In this document: positions 59,201 through 64,000 of the stretch, piece after piece
Layout of the letters: each line of letters opens with the position of its first letter
How positions within the stretch are numbered: position 1 is the first letter of the stretch
From: an uncultured Moraxellaceae bacterium
Lineage (GTDB): Bacteria > Pseudomonadota > Gammaproteobacteria > Pseudomonadales > Moraxellaceae
Direction: 5' to 3'
DNA: 64,000 nt
Assembly: GCA_913057715.1 (NCBI GenBank)
Contig: CAJXOR010000001.1
Coordinates: 17,539-81,538 of the forward strand
The notes under the pieces: generated by a model
Database searches by the model: none
Seen by the model: only the letters and a program-made list of their open reading frames with translations
Told to the model about the DNA's origin: nothing
Program-made: the position numbers and the translations under genes

Positions 59201-59262
59201 GCAGTCACAGAAGCTATGGCTTGCTGTTGATAGTCCAGATTGGCGTCAAACTCAATCTTCAT
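56236..59262 (-). CDS. res: Type III restriction enzyme Res subunit (second system)
   Basis: A paralogue of 14866-17997, with [56 protein letters not shown] and nuclease YNPDWAVLI...YFVVETKS. ATG at 59262 lies 1 nt after the mod stop. The gene is visibly AT-rich. Confidence 0.9.
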   Translation of the reverse strand: MKIEFDANLDYQQQAIASVTAVFSGQEICKSGFTEAPFISRNQDLSLKPTNHIDSALGNQLILQDETLHANIREIQLKNGLAPSKSFDSKKGIHLTVEMETGTGKTYVYLRTIFEMNHLYGFNKFIIVVPSVAIKEGVIKSIQMTTEHFRQLYNNTPFESYLYQTGQKAKLNPTTLRSFAENTELTILITTIHAFNRDDNVMNRVGTEKGPDGLPLINYLQQTNPIVIIDEPQSVDSTDTSREAIASLNPMCTLRYSATHLEKHHMLYKLDSVDAYEQKLVKQIEVAGIEVQDNHNSAYIKLLSVNNKKTPISAKIEIDASLKGGSIKRKIVTVKSGVDLHGAKFSGGRDLYDGYIVDDIYCEPGNEYVSFTSKADILRLGQASGGIDSNELKRLQIRKTIDEHLEKEIRLKNQGIKVLSLFFIDKVANYRWYDESGRAQKGKFAQMFEEELKKALSKPKYSNLTQGQDLDQYVSSVHNGYFAVDKGKDTSGNEKLKDSSAGKKTSAADESAYHLIMRDKEKLLSFESTLKFIFSHSALKEGWDNPNVFQICTLNETSSVMKKRQEIGRGLRICVNQQGQRVHGFEVNTLTVMANESYEEFAEQLQKEIEEEEGIKFGVVEPHLFASILVSTGTINQEYLGVESSEKLWEELRTLDYIDTQGKIQDSLKLALSTGNLNLLEEFNEHNAQIVALLKKVSGSLHIKNHNDKQKISLNKGVILSPEFKELWNHIKYKTSFRVDFDSSQLIDKCADEIRNNLQVGKARFIYRKAKTEIDRGGVHAEESEQSSILYSSNSFELPDLISYLVDQTQLTRVSIVSIISKSGRLSTFKLNPQKFIEQVSNIIKSQMRLFIVDGIKYQKIGDDQYYAQELFSDKELFGYLSKNMVESNKSVFNHVVYDSEVELKFAKSFELSEDVKVYAKLPDWFKIDTPLGGYNPDWAVLIEVDGKQKLYFVVETKSTLLSSALRPEEKARIDCGKEHFKALGLGVNFSVSDSFNSFNSVYLSATN

Positions 59263-59263
59263 A

Positions 59264-61308
59264 TCATAGACTCCAGATGCTTTTGATACCAGCTTGTTTG
59301 AGTATCTGCATGGCGTTGGTCTTAACCACGTCTCCAGCAAATCCCGTATCTTTAAAGACCACACTCATGGATGCTTGCTTTAACTGGTCTTTGAGTTTAG
59401 CGATTCCTTCGACTACCTCCAAAGTGATGTTATCGCTCACGCAAACAACCAGCTTACCTGAGTCGATTTCATAAACTTTTTGCCCGTCAGCACTGTGCTC
59501 GATAATGGGTAGTGTCAGCTCAAATCCTGACTTAATTATTACCTCATAGAGCAGGTCAGTATCGGTTCGATCGGTTTTTATGTTTGAGATTTGGTCTACT
59601 AAATCTTGTTCACTCAAGTCAAAGTCTGCTTCCCAGGACTTAATATTGGTGGAATCAAGTTTAAACACTTTAAGTCCCAGGTCACCCTCGTAGTCTGGAT
59701 TTTCTTCTTTAAATTTAGATATGGTTAGTAGAATTCTTTTTTTAAAGACACCGCAAACATTTTCAATAGAAGAAAGTCCGTCTTTTGAAAAATAATCTTT
59801 TTTATCTTTATCTTTTAGATTTTCAGGTAGTTGAACAGAAATTGACTGTATATATGAACCTCTATCTATATTTTTTGAAAAACAGGCATGTGCGGTGCTT
59901 CCTGATCCAGAAAAAAATCTAGTACTATTCCTTTTTCTCCACCCTTAAAGCAGAGCTCAATAAGCCTTTCTATAAATTTAATTGGTTTCTTTCCATTCGG
60001 GTAAGGAACACTTCCTTCTAAAGCAACACTACTCCATGAGAGATCATTCCATAATGTCCCGATCTTATCTTTTTTGATAATCCCTTCGCTTGATTTTTCA
60101 CACACCCCACTGAGGTAACTAATTAATCTTTTTGTTTTACCGATAAACGAAACTTTAGTTCGCTTTCCTTTATTTTTTCCTGAAATTGGTTTGTAATATA
60201 TATTTATTAATCCATCATAGTTAGGGGCAGCATTTTTAACGCGCTCTCTTATAGATGTTTGAGCATTTTCTGTAGTTAGTATTTGGTCAAAATATTTTTC
60301 ATAAATTTTATTAATGTCGATATTCTCTTCTTTTGATAATTGAGAAACACTTTTAAGCTCGAAATCTTTTACTGTGAATACATCTATGTCATTATTTGAG
60401 CCATCTTTGATTGTTTTCAGAAAGCTCTCTGTACCATTTTTTACCATTACTTTAGTGTAAGCAAAAGTTTTACCCTCTAGTTTCCGATCACTAATGTATT
60501 TTTCTAAATTTTCTTTCTTATAGACTTGATTAAACTTTTTAAATAATTCTCCACCAGAGTAGCAAATAAGATATTCTATATTTTTCTTTAATCGTTTATC
60601 TTCTCCACCACCACTTGCTCCAGAACTATCCTTAGATTTTACGCTAACTAAATTAATAAAATTTTCCTCTCCAAATATTTCATCACAAATCTTCCGAAGA
60701 TTTGCCACTTCATTATCATCAATACTGATGAATATAACTCCGTCTTCTTTAAGTAGATTTCTAGCAAGCTTTAATCGCGGATACATCATATTTAGCCAGT
60801 TGGTATGGTATCGACCACTGGTTTCTGGATTGTCTGAGTAGGGGCGACCGCCTTCACCGACTTGACCGGTGATCTCTTTGTAATTTTTAATATTGTCCGA
60901 GAAGTCGTCTTCATATACAAAATCGTTCCCCGTGTTGTAGGGTGGATCGATATAGATCATCTTCACTTTTTTGTGGTAGCTCTTTTGAAGCAGTTTTAGC
61001 ACCTCTAAGTTGTCGCCTTCTATAAACAAGTTTCCGGTGGAATCCCAGTCAACAGACTCCTCCTCGCACGGCCGAAGGGTTCCTGTGCTTGGAGTTTGGG
61101 CGAGTCTGCGCGCTTGGTTCTTGCCGTTCCAAGTAAAACTGTAGCGCTCCTCCCGATCCTCGACATGTTCACCCAACACTTCTCGAAGCGTGTCGAAATC
61201 TACCTTGCCCTCGGTAAAGGCTTCTGGGAAAAGCTGCTTGAGCTGGGATATGTTGTCTGCAACGATATCTTGGGTTGCGCTGTCCATGCTGGGTATGACT
61301 TTACTCAC
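59264..61308 (-). pseudogene. mod: Type III Mod methyltransferase split by a 1-nt frameshift at an A7/T7 tract (phase-OFF allele, pseudogene or homopolymer sequencing error)
   Basis: The N-terminal ORF (59866-61308) carries [19 protein letters not shown] and ends VLDFFLDQEAPHM*. Adding one T to the T7 tract gives DFFSGSGSTAHA (motif I). The reading frame then runs without stops into ORF 59264-59668, whose sequence aligns with the C-terminus of Mod1. Confidence 0.85.
59911..59917 (-). repeat. Homopolymeric A7 (T7 on the coding strand) at the mod frameshift site
   Basis: The plus strand reads CCAG-AAAAAAA-TCTAG. T8 on the coding strand would restore the frame. Confidence 0.9.
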
Positions 61309-61422
61309 TAGAGATCCTTTAACTGCTTTGGGCGCTGAGCCTAACGATAGATCGCAGGCAAAACGAGTCTTTGTTATGTCTACTAACTTTTAGACTTTGA
61401 AAATCTTGATAAATTTAACCAC

Positions 61423-61446
61423 AAAAAAGCCCCCGAATCGGAGGCC
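61423..61446 (-). terminator. Probable rho-independent terminator after the EAL gene
   Basis: The minus strand reads GCCTCCG-ATT-CGGGGGC (one mismatch) followed by T6. Confidence 0.45.
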
Positions 61447-61464
61447 ATTTTGCTGCCTTTTCCC

Positions 61465-63003
61465 CTAGGCAGACAAAATTGGGCTAGTGCTAACAGGTGC
61501 CACGGGCGTCTCCAAACTCCACTCTAGGAACTGCTTGAGCGCCATGGGCCTGGCGATCCCGTAACCCTGAGCATAGGTTGCGCCATATCCGGTGACGATG
61601 CTAAGCGCCTCGGCGTCTTCCACCCCTTCGACCACCGTGGCAATCTGCAAGCGCTGGCACAGCTCGATCATCGATAAAACCAGCGCTTGATAGTGGCTAC
61701 TGGTGCTGATGGTGCGCACAAAACTTTGGTCGATCTTGATCTCGCTGAACTGGATGTTGTGAAATGACTGCAAGGACGACTCACCGGTACCAAAGTCATC
61801 TAGCGAGATGGTGAAACCCAAGTCTTGTAAGCGCTTGATGTTGGCGGTGGCTTCTTCTGAGTTGTAGATCCAAAAGCGTTCGGTGATTTCGATGATGATC
61901 TTTGAGGCGCTGATCTGGTGTTCTGCGAGTTTTGACTCCAAGAAGTCGATCATCTGGGGGTTGGTGTCTTTAAAAGAAAAATTGATCGCAATCGAGATAT
62001 CGTGCCCCAGTAACTCAAGCTGGCGGGCATCGGCAAACGCGCGCTCAATCACCCACGCGGTAATTCGGTTGATCAAACCGATCTCCTCCGACAGGGGGAT
62101 GAACTCGTCTGGCGGGATATTGCCAAGTTTTGGGTCTGTCCAGCGAATCAGTGCTTCCAGTGATCGGGTCTCACCGGTTTTCAGATCAATCTTGGGTTGG
62201 TAGGCCAGGTGGAAGTGATCGTCGTGCAAGGCATCGTTGATCTTGTGGGCGATGTTGCGCTTATCAAGCGCGCGTATGTGCTGATAGCGCACTACCCCGC
62301 TGTAGCCGTACACCACGACCCCGTAGCTGACGCAAAAGCAGCTGATCGTGTAGTAGAGGTTCAGGATCAGCAGCCACGGCTCCCCCCAAGGAATCAGCCC
62401 TTGGTTGAAGTACCAGCCAGTGATCGCGATCAGGGTGCAGATCAGTAGCAGCGAACCGGCGGTGAACCAGCGAATTCGTGCGCCATCAAAAAAGTGGTAG
62501 GTCAGCACTGCGTAGGTCAGCGTATAGGGTAAAAATGTCCAGTGGCCAATCAGCTCAGCGGTGCGCTGGTTCGGCGCCAAGACGATCGCCATAAACGAAG
62601 CAGCAGCCAGCGCGTATAGCAAGGTTGGTGCCCAGGCGTTATCACGGATAAAACTATAGGCTTTAAACGAGGTGATCAGTGTGGACTTGAGGATGATCAG
62701 GGTCAGCAGAGCCAAACTGATCGGAGACGCCAGAGGCAGCACTCGCTTGATGGCGTCTGGTAGCAAAGCGGCAATTGGTGAGCCGGTCAGCGACTGAAAG
62801 CTTAAGTTATACAGGCAGTAAGAGAAAAACCCGATGGCGCCGATGGCCAGCATCATCGAGGCTTGCTTGTTTTGGTTATGAAACCAGTGCAGCAAACTGG
62901 TCATGGCGACCAGTATGGCGCTCGCCAGACAAAAACAGCTCACGAACCCGTAAAAGTAAATCAGCCAGTCTGTACTTTGCCAAAGCACGCTCATATAACC
63001 CAA
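61465..63003 (-). CDS. Membrane-anchored EAL-domain cyclic-di-GMP phosphodiesterase
   Basis: About 230 aa of N-terminal TM helices, then the EAL domain (SLEALIRW..., ITERF, SLDDFGTG, KIDQSF, VVEGVE). Confidence 0.85.
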   Translation of the reverse strand: MGYMSVLWQSTDWLIYFYGFVSCFCLASAILVAMTSLLHWFHNQNKQASMMLAIGAIGFFSYCLYNLSFQSLTGSPIAALLPDAIKRVLPLASPISLALLTLIILKSTLITSFKAYSFIRDNAWAPTLLYALAAASFMAIVLAPNQRTAELIGHWTFLPYTLTYAVLTYHFFDGARIRWFTAGSLLLICTLIAITGWYFNQGLIPWGEPWLLILNLYYTISCFCVSYGVVVYGYSGVVRYQHIRALDKRNIAHKINDALHDDHFHLAYQPKIDLKTGETRSLEALIRWTDPKLGNIPPDEFIPLSEEIGLINRITAWVIERAFADARQLELLGHDISIAINFSFKDTNPQMIDFLESKLAEHQISASKIIIEITERFWIYNSEEATANIKRLQDLGFTISLDDFGTGESSLQSFHNIQFSEIKIDQSFVRTISTSSHYQALVLSMIELCQRLQIATVVEGVEDAEALSIVTGYGATYAQGYGIARPMALKQFLEWSLETPVAPVSTSPILSA

Positions 63004-63081
63004 CTCTAGTCTTTATACTTTTAGGTGAGTGTAGATTATGGTTTACCTAGCGTACTGTCCGGTGTGAATTGATCAGCGGAC

Positions 63082-63108
63082 AAAAAAAACCCCCTAAACG
63101 GGGGTTTT
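63082..63108 (-). terminator. Rho-independent terminator after the ETF-QO gene
   Basis: The minus strand reads CCCCC-GTTTA-GGGGG followed by T8. Confidence 0.75.
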
Positions 63109-63139
63109 AACTTATCTGACAGAATCTGACAGATAGGTA

Positions 63140-64000
63140 TCACATGTTCGGGTAGTTCGGTCCACCGCCGCCCTCTGGCGTGACCCAAGTGATGTTCTGC
63201 GAGGGGTCTTTGATGTCGCAGGTTTTGCAGTGCACGCAGTTTTGCGCGTTGATCACAAACTTGTTCTCCCCTGCTTCCTCGACCACCTCATAGACGCCCG
63301 CTGGGCAGTAACGCTGCGCTGGCTCGTCAAACAGCGGCAAGTTGTGCTTGATGGGCACCTTAGGATCGGTGAGTTTCAAGTGAACCGGGATATCTTCTGG
63401 GTGCGTGGTGTTGGACACAAACACACTTGAGAGCTTATCAAAGGTTAGCTTGCCGTCAGGCTTTGGATACTCCGGCTTCACGTGCAGCGCTGCACGCTCA
63501 AGCTCTTTGTAATCCGGCGTGGTTTCGCGCACGTTGAAAGGGATCTTGAACAGTTTTTGGTCGATGAAGTTAAACGCGCCGCCCATGTATTTGCCCATGC
63601 GGTGCATCGCAGGGCCAAAGGTGCGGTAGCGCTCCATCTCCTCACCTAGCCACGAGTTCTCGTAGTGGGTTTGGTGCGCGGTGATCTCATCGTTAGCGTG
63701 ACCTTTAGCGATCGCTTCATAGATCGCTTCAGCCGCGAGCATGCCCGACTTCATGGCAGTGTGGTTGCCTTTGATCTTCGCGATATTCAAGAAACCCGCG
63801 TCATCGCCAACGAGCAAGCCGCCTGGGAACTGCATCTTAGGCAGTGAGTTAGCGCCGCCTTTACAAGCAGCACGTGCGCCATAAACCAAGCGCTTACCGC
63901 CTTCTAAAAAGTCTTTGATGATCGGGTGAGTTTTCCAGCGCTGCATCTCATCAAACGCAGAGACGTGTGGGTTTTTGTAGTTGAGGTCCAAAAATGTCCC
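63140..64000 (-). CDS. Electron transfer flavoprotein-ubiquinone oxidoreductase, C-terminal part (gene continues beyond the window)
   Basis: GGLLVGDDAGFLN...KGNHTAMKSGMLAAE and the C-terminal 4Fe-4S region RYCPAGVYE...INAQNCVHCKTCDIKDPSQNITWVTPEGGGGPNYPNM. Confidence 0.9.
   Translation of the reverse strand, partial: GTFLDLNYKNPHVSAFDEMQRWKTHPIIKDFLEGGKRLVYGARAACKGGANSLPKMQFPGGLLVGDDAGFLNIAKIKGNHTAMKSGMLAAEAIYEAIAKGHANDEITAHQTHYENSWLGEEMERYRTFGPAMHRMGKYMGGAFNFIDQKLFKIPFNVRETTPDYKELERAALHVKPEYPKPDGKLTFDKLSSVFVSNTTHPEDIPVHLKLTDPKVPIKHNLPLFDEPAQRYCPAGVYEVVEEAGENKFVINAQNCVHCKTCDIKDPSQNITWVTPEGGGGPNYPNM

Noticed and set aside
14866-59262. The inverted Res1/Res2 paralogues as substrates for a 40-kb origin-proximal inversion
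   Set aside because: The similarity is at protein level only. The two genes differ strongly in base composition, so long identical DNA tracts for homologous recombination are unlikely.

Overview
This window is the origin-proximal chromosome of a gammaproteobacterium. DnaK and DnaA look Moraxellaceae/Acinetobacter-like from memory, but I could not verify that here. The conserved core is recF(partial)-dnaN-dnaA on the minus strand, diverging from rpmH-rnpA-yidD-yidC-mnmE on the plus strand. There are two DnaA-box clusters. One lies in the AT-rich dnaA-rpmH spacer. The other is an 11-bp phased array between yidC and mnmE. A roughly 9.3-kb island without an integrase sits in the 3' end of mnmE, bounded by a 29-bp direct repeat. 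It carries a tightly coupled four-gene operon: SNF2-family helicase, DUF4391-like protein, Type III Mod, Type III Res. This operon is my best candidate for an uncharacterised composite defence system. A second, visibly AT-rich Type III mod-res pair lies at 56.2-61.3 kb on the minus strand. Its mod gene is split by a 1-nt frameshift at an A7/T7 tract inside the AdoMet-binding motif. An AT-rich patch at 35.0-37.4 kb encodes three different nuclease folds (PD-(D/E)xK-like, GIY-YIG, HNH). The rest is housekeeping or metabolic: tandem Nudix paralogues, mpg, putA, an AGCS symporter, an OYE reductase, grpE-dnaK with sigma-32-type promoters, tsaC-dprA-LysM/TsaP-like, def, a cobalamin riboswitch with btuB, a GMC oxidoreductase, lnt, a tusA-like gene, a PhzF-like gene, an EAL phosphodiesterase and partial ETF-QO. 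I recognised no rRNA, tRNA, CRISPR array, transposase or integrase. All calls rest on reading the translations and motifs by eye; no searches were run.
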